Below are positions 50,308 through 59,957 of a stretch of 64,000 nt of DNA, in pieces. Each line of letters opens with the position of its first letter. The stretch's first letter is position 1. Source of the stretch: Pseudomonadota bacterium (GTDB lineage: Bacteria; Campylobacterota; Campylobacteria; Campylobacterales; Sulfurimonadaceae); the NCBI GenBank assembly GCA_043797085.1, contig JAZDQA010000011.1:32001-96000 (forward strand), in the 5' to 3' direction. The notes under the pieces are model-generated. The model had not been told where the DNA came from, ran no database searches, and saw only the letters and a program-made list of their open reading frames with translations. The position numbers and the translations under genes were made by a program.

Positions 50308-52246
50308 AGAAATTAGCGCAGAAAAATTACTAGAAAATAGTGATTTTGTCCGTGCTCAGATAGAACCTGGATCAGTAAATTCAGATGAGCGACGTGTTGC
50401 TATTTTGATCTCTACTGAAACTCCAGTTCGCCGTTATGACTATTACAGCGGTCAGTATTATGAAGAGGTATTACTACATGGAGAAGAGAATGTTGATCTA
50501 ACCCGCGCTATCACTGCAAAGCTACGCTGGATGCATGGAAGTGGAAAATATGGAGAGCTACCAATAGGGAAGCTTGAAAACGTTACTTTGGCAAACCGAC
50601 AGCTTCGCGCCGAGGCGGTATTTTCTAAGGCCAACCCAGACGCGGATATGTTCTGGCGTATGGTCGAAGAGGAGACGCTTACTGAGATATCAGTAGGTGG
50701 GTCAAAACAAGAGAATCGTGTAACTGAGAGAGATGGAAGCATCGCTCTTGTAGAAGTGACACGATGGGCATTCCACGAAGCTTCGCTCGTGGATATTGGT
50801 GCCGATCCGAGTGCTGGAATCGGTCGAAGTGAAAATCAAAACAAAGGGGTAAACGTGAACGAAGAATTGGAAGCGCTAAAGCGCCAACTTGAAGAAATGA
50901 GAGCATCGGGCGCAGCTAATGATGCAATTGCTCGTAAAAATGAAGAAATTCAAGCAAAAGTATCAGCACTTGCTGCTGAAAATACAGAGCTAAAACGTGT
51001 AGCTAGTATTCGTGATCTCGTAGCTGCTAAACCAGGCGTGATTGGTAAAGATGAAATTAACCGTTTCATCGGTGATACAACAAAAAATGCTGATGATTTA
51101 GCACGAGCAATGCTCGACGTTGCAACATCAAAGCAAACAAATGTAGATTTTCAACGTGGTGAAGATACTCCACAGGTGTATGTAATAGGTCAGCAAAATC
51201 GTGGAGACTTGATGCGCGCTATCGGCGATAGCTTGATCCTTCGTGCCGGTATGAGTGTTGCAGAACCTCATAAAGATGTGGATCAGTTCCGTGGAGCATC
51301 CATGGTGGAGATCGCACGTATGGTTACTGGGTACAGCGGATACGATCGCAATGAGATTATCAAACGTGCAATGAGTACGAGTGATTTTCCAGTGTTGCTC
51401 GGAAACGTAGCAAATCGTGTCCTTTCCCAAGCGTATGACGAAGAGATGGGGACATTTGATGCATGGACAACTCCGGTTGACGTTGCGGATTTCAAAACTC
51501 GTACAGAGGTAAGCCTTGATCGTTTCGGTGGTCGATTGCGTAAACTCACCGAGGGTGGAGAGAAGAAAAACAAAGAGACAACCGAGAGCGCAGAACAATG
51601 GCGTCTATTCAGCTACGGTGAAAAAATCCGTATCACTCGTGAAATGCTGATCAATGATGACCTTGGGGCATTTGAGGGGATTATCCTCGGGTTTGGCCAA
51701 ATGGCAAAACGTACCGCGAATGGACAAGTTTATGACTTGCTACAAAACAAAGGTGATTTTGCAAACTATGTCATGGGTGATACTAAAGCAATCTTCCATA
51801 CAGATCATGCAAACTATACAGCAACCGGAACAGCACTTGGAACTGATTCGCTGACCGCAGCTCGTACCTTGGTTCGTCGTCAAAAAGACAAATCTGGTAC
51901 CGCTCTAAACATCACACCAAAATACATGATTGTCTCTCCTGAAAAAGAGACATTAGCTCGTCAGTTGATTACTAGCGAAGCAGCTCTTGGCCAAACGAAT
52001 CCTGGGATTATTAATCCATTCCGTAACTCTATGGATATTATCGTTGAGTCTGAGTTATCTGCTACTGCATGGTATCTCGCCGCTGCGCGCCGTACTCTCA
52101 AAGTAGGGTATCTGCAAGGTACAAATCGTCGTCCAATTGTCAATGAAAAAAGCCGTGATCTTAGCGGTGTCGAGTATGAGTGTGTGTTTGATTTCGGCGT
52201 ATTCGCTGAAGATTACCGCGGTCTTTACAAAAATAACGGTCAATAA
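50300..52246 (+). CDS. fused prohead protease and major capsid protein
   Basis: N-terminal HK97-type protease (H, ISVG, EASLVDIGAD); C-terminal capsid (TSDFP.LL, DFK, ITREMLINDDLG, DFG....DYRG). Confidence 0.88.
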   Translation: MPKEISAEKLLENSDFVRAQIEPGSVNSDERRVAILISTETPVRRYDYYSGQYYEEVLLHGEENVDLTRAITAKLRWMHGSGKYGELPIGKLENVTLANRQLRAEAVFSKANPDADMFWRMVEEETLTEISVGGSKQENRVTERDGSIALVEVTRWAFHEASLVDIGADPSAGIGRSENQNKGVNVNEELEALKRQLEEMRASGAANDAIARKNEEIQAKVSALAAENTELKRVASIRDLVAAKPGVIGKDEINRFIGDTTKNADDLARAMLDVATSKQTNVDFQRGEDTPQVYVIGQQNRGDLMRAIGDSLILRAGMSVAEPHKDVDQFRGASMVEIARMVTGYSGYDRNEIIKRAMSTSDFPVLLGNVANRVLSQAYDEEMGTFDAWTTPVDVADFKTRTEVSLDRFGGRLRKLTEGGEKKNKETTESAEQWRLFSYGEKIRITREMLINDDLGAFEGIILGFGQMAKRTANGQVYDLLQNKGDFANYVMGDTKAIFHTDHANYTATGTALGTDSLTAARTLVRRQKDKSGTALNITPKYMIVSPEKETLARQLITSEAALGQTNPGIINPFRNSMDIIVESELSATAWYLAAARRTLKVGYLQGTNRRPIVNEKSRDLSGVEYECVFDFGVFAEDYRGLYKNNGQ

Positions 52247-52256
52247 GGAGTAAGTA

Positions 52257-52598
52257 ATGGCAAAAGAAGCAACACAATATCAAGATGGTGATGTAATCGA
52301 CTATACCTTAGCAGGTGCAGTCGATGTAGGGGATGTTGTACCACTGGGTACAGGTATGATCGGTATTGCACTGAGTAGCGGATTAGCTGGAGAGGTTATT
52401 GGGCTTGCAATTGAAGAGGTTTATGAGATCAATGCAACTACAGCAGATGTAATCGCAATCGGTGATATTGTTTATTTTAATGCTACTACGCGGGCAATTA
52501 CAATAACAGCAACATCAAATACTCGTGCGGGCCGTGCAGTAAGTAAAAAAGCAGCAGCAACAGCCGGTACTGTTTTTGTAAAAATTAACGCAGCGTAA
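52257..52598 (+). CDS. DUF2190-type capsid decoration/cement protein
   Basis: Q.GD.IDY....V..GDVV....GIA....G..VY pattern after the capsid gene. Confidence 0.75.
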   Translation: MAKEATQYQDGDVIDYTLAGAVDVGDVVPLGTGMIGIALSSGLAGEVIGLAIEEVYEINATTADVIAIGDIVYFNATTRAITITATSNTRAGRAVSKKAAATAGTVFVKINAA

Positions 52599-52609
52599 GG
52601 GGGCATTCG

Positions 52610-52882
52610 ATGTTTGTGAAACTTCATCGCAATGAAACATATCGTGGCGCTAGTCATCAAGAGGGGGACATCATCGAAGTTGGTGATGATCTCGGAGGTC
52701 GTATGATCTTGTCCGGTACAGCAACCAAGGCTACAAAGCCAGAGGATAAAGTAACTGCTGAAACTATTGATGCAATGCCATATAAAGATATGAAGAAACT
52801 TGTATCTGAATTAAGTATTGAAACATCAGATACAAAAATGCCAACTTATTCGGCAGCGCTTAAAGCGCACTACGGGGTATAA
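52610..52882 (+). CDS. phage hypothetical protein
   Basis: 90 aa in the head-tail module. Confidence 0.6.
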   Translation: MFVKLHRNETYRGASHQEGDIIEVGDDLGGRMILSGTATKATKPEDKVTAETIDAMPYKDMKKLVSELSIETSDTKMPTYSAALKAHYGV

Positions 52883-52884
52883 AA

Positions 52885-53193
52885 ATGTTTAAAGAGCAGC
52901 TTCAAAAAGATTTGGATGTTTTTATAAACCCAAATGAGTTTGGATCGGCTGCTCTTTATAATGGAGAACCAATAGCTGTTGATTTTAGAAGCTCCAGCGA
53001 TGTTGTTTTTGATCGTGGAAATATTCACGATGTCAGCAGTTCTGTCCCTGTATGTTTTTGCAAAGAAAGTGATATCCAAGGTATAGAAAATGGAGACTCG
53101 ATTGTGATCGATGGCGCTATTTTTTATGTTTTAGATTCTGATGAATCATCAGGTGGGATACAAAAAATTTATTTAAGTAAGGATAGACCGTGA
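52885..53193 (+). CDS. head-tail joining protein
   Basis: FKEQLQKDL.VF.N..EF...GD.I.IDG..F.V. Confidence 0.65.
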   Translation: MFKEQLQKDLDVFINPNEFGSAALYNGEPIAVDFRSSSDVVFDRGNIHDVSSSVPVCFCKESDIQGIENGDSIVIDGAIFYVLDSDESSGGIQKIYLSKDRP

Positions 53194-53597
53194 GTAAACG
53201 TCAAATAATTGTCGATGCAATTATCACCCGTCTATCTGCTATACCAAACATCATCAGCGTTGATGATTGGAAAGTCCATAAGCTCAGCGAAAAAGAGATG
53301 CCTGCAATCATTATTCGTGATGTTGGGTCAAAAACAGATTCATCAGCGTATGGATCTATAGGCCACTCTTTATCTATTGAAGTTGATTTATTAGTTAGTG
53401 ATAGTTCAACAACGATGGCAACATTGAGAACAATCATGTCAAGTATTTTGACAGCAATAGGTACTGAGGGTGATGATTTACTCGATCACGTTACTTATGA
53501 AGGTGATGATATTTTAGCAGAGCATCAGGATTATTTTTATGGTGGTGCTAGAATGAAATTTAGCGTGGACTATTCCACGGCGGCATGGGAGATATGA
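53190..53597 (+). CDS. tail terminator-like protein
   Basis: R..I..AI...L, MPAI motif; position before the baseplate genes. Confidence 0.55.
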   Translation: MSKRQIIVDAIITRLSAIPNIISVDDWKVHKLSEKEMPAIIIRDVGSKTDSSAYGSIGHSLSIEVDLLVSDSSTTMATLRTIMSSILTAIGTEGDDLLDHVTYEGDDILAEHQDYFYGGARMKFSVDYSTAAWEI

Positions 53598-54106
53598 TGA
53601 TTGATAACCTAATCCAAATCGGAACTATTGTCAACGTTGATCCTGAGAATCGCGCATTAGTACGTGTTGAACTGTTTGAGCGTGTCACGGACTGGATCCC
53701 TTATAAGATGATCGTTAATTCTCATATCCGTATTTGGACACCTCCTCGTGTCGGTGAGCAGGTGATCGTATTCTCTCCTTTTGGTGAAGGTGATGATGGG
53801 ATTGTTATTGGTGGGATTTATAACGTTAATCAAAAAGAGCCGACAGGATCAAATGATCATACAAGTGTCATTGTATTTGAAGATGGTACCTCGATCACAT
53901 ATGACACGACAGCCAAAGCTTTGACAATCAATGCGTCCGGTTCGGTTGCTGTCACGGCTCCCTCTGGTATGTCGATCACGGCGGATGTCACGATCACTGG
54001 TAATCTGAATGTATCTGGTACGGTTACTGACGAAAAAGGATCATTGACTACTCATATTCATAGCGGTGTGATGGCTGGACCATCAAATACGGGAGCGCGT
54101 CCATGA
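53585..54106 (+). CDS. baseplate spike protein (P2 gpV-like)
   Basis: TDWIP, PRVGEQV, FEDGTSITYD, C-terminal H-x-H (HIHSGV). Confidence 0.88.
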   Translation: MGDMMIDNLIQIGTIVNVDPENRALVRVELFERVTDWIPYKMIVNSHIRIWTPPRVGEQVIVFSPFGEGDDGIVIGGIYNVNQKEPTGSNDHTSVIVFEDGTSITYDTTAKALTINASGSVAVTAPSGMSITADVTITGNLNVSGTVTDEKGSLTTHIHSGVMAGPSNTGARP

Positions 54107-54378
54107 ATTTAGCACAGCGCATTACCCGAATCCTTACGACTCGTCCAGGCGAACGTGTCGCTCTTCCGACGTATGGCTCAGAGCTATACAAGCTACGCGA
54201 CAGAGCGCTGACTAATGAGGTACGTTTGATGTTTACCATGTACTGTAAAGCGGCCATCGAGAAATGGGAAAACGTGAAGGTATCCAAAGCAGAACTTACT
54301 GCTATCAATACGACGGATGGGTCATTCTCATTTACGATATCACTCTCAAACGGTGAAACTATTGCGGGGGTAGCGTGA
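54103..54378 (+). CDS. baseplate wedge protein (GPW/gp25 family)
   Basis: I.RILTT.PGERV..P.YGS, AI..WE. Confidence 0.85.
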   Translation: MNLAQRITRILTTRPGERVALPTYGSELYKLRDRALTNEVRLMFTMYCKAAIEKWENVKVSKAELTAINTTDGSFSFTISLSNGETIAGVA

Positions 54379-55448
54379 TGTTGATACCTCCTATGTGTGT
54401 AGTGAAGAGTTATGATGAGATCAAAGCGGAAATGGTAGCTACTTATCAAACCGTCGTTCCGTTTTATATTCCGAATGAATCGGATGATGTTATGAGCGTA
54501 CTTGAAGCGTTTGCGTATCGAGAACTGATGCTTAGAACATTTTTCAATACTCAGGTTGCAAACAGTTTTTGGCAAACTGCCACGGGCGAATATCTCGATT
54601 TTATCGCACAGTTTTTCGATGTTTTCCGCCTGATTGGAGAGAAACCTACTGCATCAGCTACGTTTACTATTAATACTATCCTTGGATATGACTATGTCCT
54701 TGAGGCGGGCGCTGAACTGCTTAATAATGACGGATCTATATCAGTACTTATCCAAAACATCACGATACTAGCAGGAAGTGTCGAAGTATCAGGAATCATC
54801 GAGCTTCAGATCGAGACTGCTCAAAGTTCTGCTGCGGTATCTAGCATTATGATTCCTCGACCTTATCTCAAAAGCGTTATCCAAACTACCACGTTTAGCG
54901 GTGGATCGGATACCGAAACGGACGATGAGATGCGCGAGCGAATCAAGCTCTCATTCGAAGAGGTCACGACCGCAGGATCAGTGAGCTCGTATCGAGCTTA
55001 TGCACTCAAAGCAGATGAGCGTATCGATGATGTCGCGGTATTAAGTCCTACTCCCGGGGTTGTTGACGTCATTCTACACTCACTCAGTGCTGTGGATGCA
55101 GCGATGATCAGTCGCGCATATACCGCACTCTCCGCAGATAAGGCCAGACCGCTATGTGACACGGTACAAGTTCGCGCTGCCACTGTTACGAGCTATACCG
55201 TCAATGCGGTTCTCACTCTCGATCCGTTGTCTGATCCCGCATCAACACTGGAAGCAGCACGGCTACGACTTAAAGAGCGTGTGGACAGTATCCTCATCGG
55301 TCAGAGTATCACAACCTCCTCGATGATTGCGGCACTGTCGGTTGATGGGGTGGATGATGTAACGCTGATCGCTCCCGCTTTGGCCGTATCGGTACTCTCT
55401 GATGGCGTAGCAATCTGTACGCTCATCGATATCAGCGTAGGAGCATAA
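54375..55448 (+). CDS. baseplate J/gp47 family protein
   Basis: AYREL, ATGEYLD, GG.D.E.D...R.R, AGS...Y, SP.PG.V, RPL.D.V. Confidence 0.9.
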   Translation: MMLIPPMCVVKSYDEIKAEMVATYQTVVPFYIPNESDDVMSVLEAFAYRELMLRTFFNTQVANSFWQTATGEYLDFIAQFFDVFRLIGEKPTASATFTINTILGYDYVLEAGAELLNNDGSISVLIQNITILAGSVEVSGIIELQIETAQSSAAVSSIMIPRPYLKSVIQTTTFSGGSDTETDDEMRERIKLSFEEVTTAGSVSSYRAYALKADERIDDVAVLSPTPGVVDVILHSLSAVDAAMISRAYTALSADKARPLCDTVQVRAATVTSYTVNAVLTLDPLSDPASTLEAARLRLKERVDSILIGQSITTSSMIAALSVDGVDDVTLIAPALAVSVLSDGVAICTLIDISVGA

Positions 55449-55449
55449 A

Positions 55450-56211
55450 ATGAATATTATTGATAATGCAGCATGGGATGACATCTATCTAATCGAAACG
55501 AGCGATTACGTTTTAGGGGGAGTAGAGGGAACCAGCAACGAACAGGCAAAAGCTCTCGCTAACCGTACCCGATATCTGCGCGATTTGCTTGAAGCAATTG
55601 AAAATGAAATAGCGCTAATGCCGACATCGAATGTGATGAATCAGGCGCTTTCGCTCAAAGCTGATAAAACCTATACAGATACGGAGCTTGGCAAAAAAGC
55701 CGACAAAACCTATGCAGATAACAAGCTGGGGCTCAAAGCGGATAAAACCTATGTCGATGATGGGTTTGCTATAAAATCGTCGGTAACTGCCAAAGCTGAT
55801 AAAACCTATACAGACACGGAGCTTGGCAAAAAAGCTGACAAATCTTATACAGACACGGAGCTTGGCAAAAAAGCGGATAAAAGCTATGTTGATAATAACT
55901 TTTTGGCAGCATCAAAAATTGTTACTGCAACATCCGGTGAGGTACAAACTTCAGCCCGTGCAGGTGGACAATTGCAGGCCAATTGGAACTATAACTTCGC
56001 AGATATATATCCTCCATCAGGGTTTACGATGTCAAATTTAATTGGCTTTATATGCTCCCCTGCAATTATTTACTTTAATGGAGCGGTAAATGGAGATGAT
56101 ACTTTGTACTGCCGTTGGGAACGACGGCTTGATTATGTGCGTGTCATCTGCCAAAACAGTGAAAACCGAGCAGTCAGTTCTATAAACTATCTTGCGATGT
56201 GGCAAAAATGA
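55450..56211 (+). CDS. tail fibre-like protein with KADK repeats
   Basis: W..IYLIETSD.VLGG..G.SN.QA..LANRT.YL N-terminus typical of tail fibre proteins; six KADK(T/S)Y repeats. Confidence 0.75.
   Translation: MNIIDNAAWDDIYLIETSDYVLGGVEGTSNEQAKALANRTRYLRDLLEAIENEIALMPTSNVMNQALSLKADKTYTDTELGKKADKTYADNKLGLKADKTYVDDGFAIKSSVTAKADKTYTDTELGKKADKSYTDTELGKKADKSYVDNNFLAASKIVTATSGEVQTSARAGGQLQANWNYNFADIYPPSGFTMSNLIGFICSPAIIYFNGAVNGDDTLYCRWERRLDYVRVICQNSENRAVSSINYLAMWQK
55657..55895 (+). repeat. 39-bp (13-aa) coding repeats KADK(T/S)YxDxxLGx
   Basis: Six units, several nearly identical in DNA (aaagctgataaaacctatacagatacggagcttggcaaa). Confidence 0.85.
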
Positions 56212-56918
56212 TTAACTCACTCTTGCCTACTCATTACACACCGCGAGAGCATGCGCTCGATGCGGTCAGCGAAGAGGTTCGTAATAAGCTCTCCAATGAT
56301 TTATGGGATGCTCCGATTCTCGATCCAATACGGTGTAATGAGAAATTTTTACCGATGCTCGCCAAATTCTACGGGGCCGAACTGTGGATGAGCAATATGA
56401 CTACTGATCAGCAGCGTAAAGCGATCGGAGATTCGATTGTAATCCGTAAAAAGCGCGGTACTGCATGGTCTGTCAAACAGGTTATTAAAAGCTTTGACGA
56501 GGGTGCGAGTGTCATCGAGGGGGTATCGCCGATTCGGTATGACGGTACTCATCATTATGATGGAACACAGCAACACGGTGTTAATGACGAATGGGCGGAG
56601 TACTCCGTCATGCTCACTCAGCCGATACCCAGTGCGGACGATCAGATCCGCTTTATGAATATGCTGGGAAGTTACGCTCCAGCACGGTGCCATCTCGTCG
56701 GTATCGACTGGCGTCTTAGTGCAGGCTCACAGTGTGATGTTGAGAGTAGTGCTATTTTTGCAATCGATCCTTATTCATTACTTAGCATAAGTGCCTCATC
56801 GCCCTGTGCTCATAAGGCTTCGGCTGTATTCGAATGGGATTGTGAGAGCGAACTTTCGATAAGTGCTTCTCTCGCATCCTCAGTATCTATGGGTGCAATG
56901 ACGCACTTAAACATATAA
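56199..56918 (+). CDS. tail protein I (P2 gpI-like)
   Basis: DP..C...FLP.LA, R..I......KKRGT..SVK, APARCHL. Confidence 0.8.
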   Translation: MAKMINSLLPTHYTPREHALDAVSEEVRNKLSNDLWDAPILDPIRCNEKFLPMLAKFYGAELWMSNMTTDQQRKAIGDSIVIRKKRGTAWSVKQVIKSFDEGASVIEGVSPIRYDGTHHYDGTQQHGVNDEWAEYSVMLTQPIPSADDQIRFMNMLGSYAPARCHLVGIDWRLSAGSQCDVESSAIFAIDPYSLLSISASSPCAHKASAVFEWDCESELSISASLASSVSMGAMTHLNI

Positions 56919-56928
56919 GGAGAAACCA

Positions 56929-58074
56929 ATGGCAGTTACAGGCATACCAACAACATCAGGCTTAACGATCCTATCCGGATCACTTAAAGAAGGGGTAACG
57001 AAATTTGCCCTCTACGGCACATCGACCGCTACTACTGACGTACCGTTTACGGAAGTGAGCACGATCGCAACGCTTGCATCGTATTTGGTTGGAACGTTTG
57101 ATGTGAGCCGTGGGTATTTTGATCAGACTGGCGTGCTCACATTTGAGTGTCCAATTCCATACAACACCGATTCGACTAAATGGGTAGGAGCATGCGGCCT
57201 GATCCATGTCAATCCATCTACCGGAGAAAGCACACTCGTTGCGATAACTCAGGTACCTAAGTTTCAAAAGGTATCCGGTATCGGAGGAACTATTATCTAT
57301 AAAGTGCCAATCGCAGGAACAGCTGGATCACCGGTATTTGGTACTGAGAGCTATGCGACCAGTGTGCAGGTCGATGAGCGTCTCAATGAACTATATAGCG
57401 GTTTAATGATCGCGATGGATCAGGCGGGGCTTGCTAATAAAGAGATTGAAAAGACACGAACTAAGCGGATACAGTCGGGGGTGATCACACTCAAAAATCG
57501 AGGGGTTATCAAAGGGTGTACTCTCACAAAAAGTATTACGGCTACTCGTAACCTGAGTCTTGGCAATGGCACGGCATACATGAACGGACAAATCCTTGCG
57601 GTAGCTGATCAGCTCAATACCGCTGTGGTACCGGTTAATACCGATGTCGTTTCGAAGACATGTTATGCCTATATGTGGATCGATACGTCTGGCAACGTGC
57701 AGGTGGACTGTACTGCTTTGGGTGGAAGTGTCCCTAGTACCGCTATGGCTATGTATCTCATCACGGTACCCGCCAACTCTACGGAGGCAACCGATCCGAA
57801 TCTCGCACTGTGTACTCTGACCGACGTACGGGTAATCGAGCCGAGCTATCCGAAGATGCTGGTCAATGCTCCATATACCTATGTCGCGCTTCCTTACGAC
57901 ATGATCGAAACCGATTACAGCATCGAGCTAGACGTGATGGAGTTCTCAGGTGGAGGATTTCAAATGGGTTATGTCTATGCTGGTGCTCGTGCTAAAAACG
58001 GTTTTTCTATATATATGAACGGTACCTCCGATACTTTAACAGTACGCTGGACCGCTAAAAAAACAAACTTATAA
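56929..58074 (+). CDS. tail fibre/collar protein
   Basis: 381-aa beta-rich protein after gpI and upstream of the DGR target. Confidence 0.6.
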   Translation: MAVTGIPTTSGLTILSGSLKEGVTKFALYGTSTATTDVPFTEVSTIATLASYLVGTFDVSRGYFDQTGVLTFECPIPYNTDSTKWVGACGLIHVNPSTGESTLVAITQVPKFQKVSGIGGTIIYKVPIAGTAGSPVFGTESYATSVQVDERLNELYSGLMIAMDQAGLANKEIEKTRTKRIQSGVITLKNRGVIKGCTLTKSITATRNLSLGNGTAYMNGQILAVADQLNTAVVPVNTDVVSKTCYAYMWIDTSGNVQVDCTALGGSVPSTAMAMYLITVPANSTEATDPNLALCTLTDVRVIEPSYPKMLVNAPYTYVALPYDMIETDYSIELDVMEFSGGGFQMGYVYAGARAKNGFSIYMNGTSDTLTVRWTAKKTNL

Positions 58075-58084
58075 AGGGGAATGA

Positions 58085-58393
58085 ATGATTGTTAAAGAAA
58101 TGCAGCCGGACGGAAACTTCGAAGATTACTTATTAGAAGGATCGGTTCTTAAAATCGGTAAGCAGATTATGGATATCGACGAGCTTCAAAAAGAGGAACA
58201 AGTCATCATCGACATCATCGAGGATGGACGCTTTGTTGCCAATATCATAATACCCCCTGCTGTGTATGAAGAAATACAGGAGCCTACGGTGGAGGGTGAG
58301 CCATCTATTCCACCAGTAAAGGTTCTGATAGACATGGACGCGGTCAAACTTATCCTATGGGATAAACCAATCTTAACAGTAGAAGGAGAATAA
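58085..58393 (+). CDS. phage hypothetical protein (possible fibre adaptor)
   Basis: 102 aa, abuts the DGR target gene start. Confidence 0.6.
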   Translation: MIVKEMQPDGNFEDYLLEGSVLKIGKQIMDIDELQKEEQVIIDIIEDGRFVANIIIPPAVYEEIQEPTVEGEPSIPPVKVLIDMDAVKLILWDKPILTVEGE

Positions 58394-59455
58394 ATGCCGA
58401 CGATTTTTACAAAAGACACACTCCGTGCGAGTGTAGAGGCCAGCACTGGCGGAAAGGTCACCGTGCTCTATGATGACAAAGGATACCCGAGCTATATGCA
58501 CGTCGTTCCGAAATTCAATGTTCAGGATATCGATGTTTCTTTGGGTACCGGAGTACACCCGGCGTTTATCGTCAATGGTGTGGAGAAGAGCGAAATCTTT
58601 ATCGGTCAGCATCTCGCGCACGTTCGTGATGATCGTGCGGTAAGTTTGCCAGGTCTTGATCCTAAAACCGGAGTCACATTTGATCAGGCACGTACGTATT
58701 GTAAAAACAAGGGTGCAGGCTGGCACATGATGACGAACTGGGAGTGGGCGGCCGTCTCACTATGGGCACTTAAAAATGGGTTTCAGCCTCGAGGTAACAC
58801 GAACTATGGACGAAGCCATGAGGCGACGTATGAAACGGCAGCACGAATGGACGGCGGAGCACCTGGTGTCACTACCGGAACTCCTCGAACACTAACCGGA
58901 GGCGGACCAGCATCATGGCGTCATGATAATACCTATGCGGGTATCGCTGATCTCGTCGGGAACGTGTGGGAGTGGCAAGATGGGCTCAAACTCGTGGATG
59001 GAAAAATCATAATGCCCGCCGATAACCACTACTCTCTCGATGAAGCGTCATGGGCGGATACCGGTGTGCGTTTTGATGGTACGGTTGCCTCTGCTGGGTT
59101 GGACGGATCGTACGGAGATGTCGGTGATCCGATCCTAAGCGACGCGATCATCAACTACCTCGGGCCAACCGGGGACAATGGCTCTTACGATTACTCGACG
59201 ATTGCGAACTGGAGAAGCCTCACGGCAAAAGCCGGATACACAGTCCCTAATAACATGAAGCAGGCATTGATCTATCCATACGATGCGGTAAACCCAAAAG
59301 GTTATCTCTATATGCGTAACTACGGGGAGCGTTTGCCGGTCCGTGGCGGGTATTGGAGCGATGGTGCGGGTGCTGGGCTCGGTGCCTTGAATCTGACCAA
59401 TGCTCGTTCGTACTCGGGCAGCCACATCGGGTTCCGTCCAGCCTACATTATGTAG
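58394..59455 (+). CDS. DGR target protein 1, Mtd-like receptor-binding protein (CLec/FGE-sulfatase-like fold)
   Basis: MTNWEW, DLVGNVWEW, C-terminal RGG.W...R......IGFRPA containing VR1; lies in the tail fibre module. Confidence 0.92.
   Translation: MPTIFTKDTLRASVEASTGGKVTVLYDDKGYPSYMHVVPKFNVQDIDVSLGTGVHPAFIVNGVEKSEIFIGQHLAHVRDDRAVSLPGLDPKTGVTFDQARTYCKNKGAGWHMMTNWEWAAVSLWALKNGFQPRGNTNYGRSHEATYETAARMDGGAPGVTTGTPRTLTGGGPASWRHDNTYAGIADLVGNVWEWQDGLKLVDGKIIMPADNHYSLDEASWADTGVRFDGTVASAGLDGSYGDVGDPILSDAIINYLGPTGDNGSYDYSTIANWRSLTAKAGYTVPNNMKQALIYPYDAVNPKGYLYMRNYGERLPVRGGYWSDGAGAGLGALNLTNARSYSGSHIGFRPAYIM
59332..59441 (+). repeat. DGR variable repeat VR1
   Basis: Ungapped 110-nt match to TR with 10 mismatches, all at TR adenines. 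Confidence 0.96.
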
Positions 59456-59491
59456 CAGTGATGGATTGAGCGATAGCGAAAGGATCTAAGA

Positions 59492-59827
59492 ATGAACGGA
59501 AGATATCTCCTGCTGGAGAAAAAGATCAGAGACCTGAAAATGTATCTTGGGGTGATGCTTCGCAATTATCCACGGTACGAAAAATTCGCTATCGCGCATG
59601 AGATACAGTCGAACATCACCATGATGCAAAGAATGGTGATCGCAACGGGCAAAAAGTATTTTAAAAAGACGGATCTTCGCGATCTTGATATCGAGCATGA
59701 AATGCTCCGACAAAATATACTCATCTCGTATGAGATGAAGTACATCGATATGAGACGGTTCGAATATGTATCCGGTCTGATCGACGAAGTCGGAAGACTC
59801 ATCGGCGACTGGATATCAAAAATTTAG
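59492..59827 (+). CDS. avd: DGR accessory variability determinant (Avd-like four-helix protein)
   Basis: 111 aa, basic; YPRYEKFAI, L..LD.E..ML, EVGRLIG.W motifs; between VR and TR. Confidence 0.88.
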   Translation: MNGRYLLLEKKIRDLKMYLGVMLRNYPRYEKFAIAHEIQSNITMMQRMVIATGKKYFKKTDLRDLDIEHEMLRQNILISYEMKYIDMRRFEYVSGLIDEVGRLIGDWISKI

Positions 59828-59847
59828 GTTGCACTTCTCTTGTGTGT

Positions 59848-59957
59848 TTTGCCGATCCGTGGCGGGAATTGGAACGATGGTGCGAATGCTGGGCTCGGTG
59901 CCTTGAATCTGAACAATGCTCGTTCGAACTCGAACAGCAACATCGGGTTCCGTCCAG
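59848..59957 (+). ncRNA. DGR template repeat (TR), part of the DGR RNA in the avd-RT spacer
   Basis: Intergenic, 23 adenines, nine AAY codons in the VR reading frame; matches both VRs except at A. Confidence 0.95.

Noticed and set aside
50300..52246. Protease-capsid fusion as a novelty
   Set aside because: This fusion is already known in prophages with lambda-like portals; listed as a feature only.
55657..55895. Repeat array as a CRISPR
   Set aside because: Repeats are in-frame coding units without unique spacers, and no cas genes are present.
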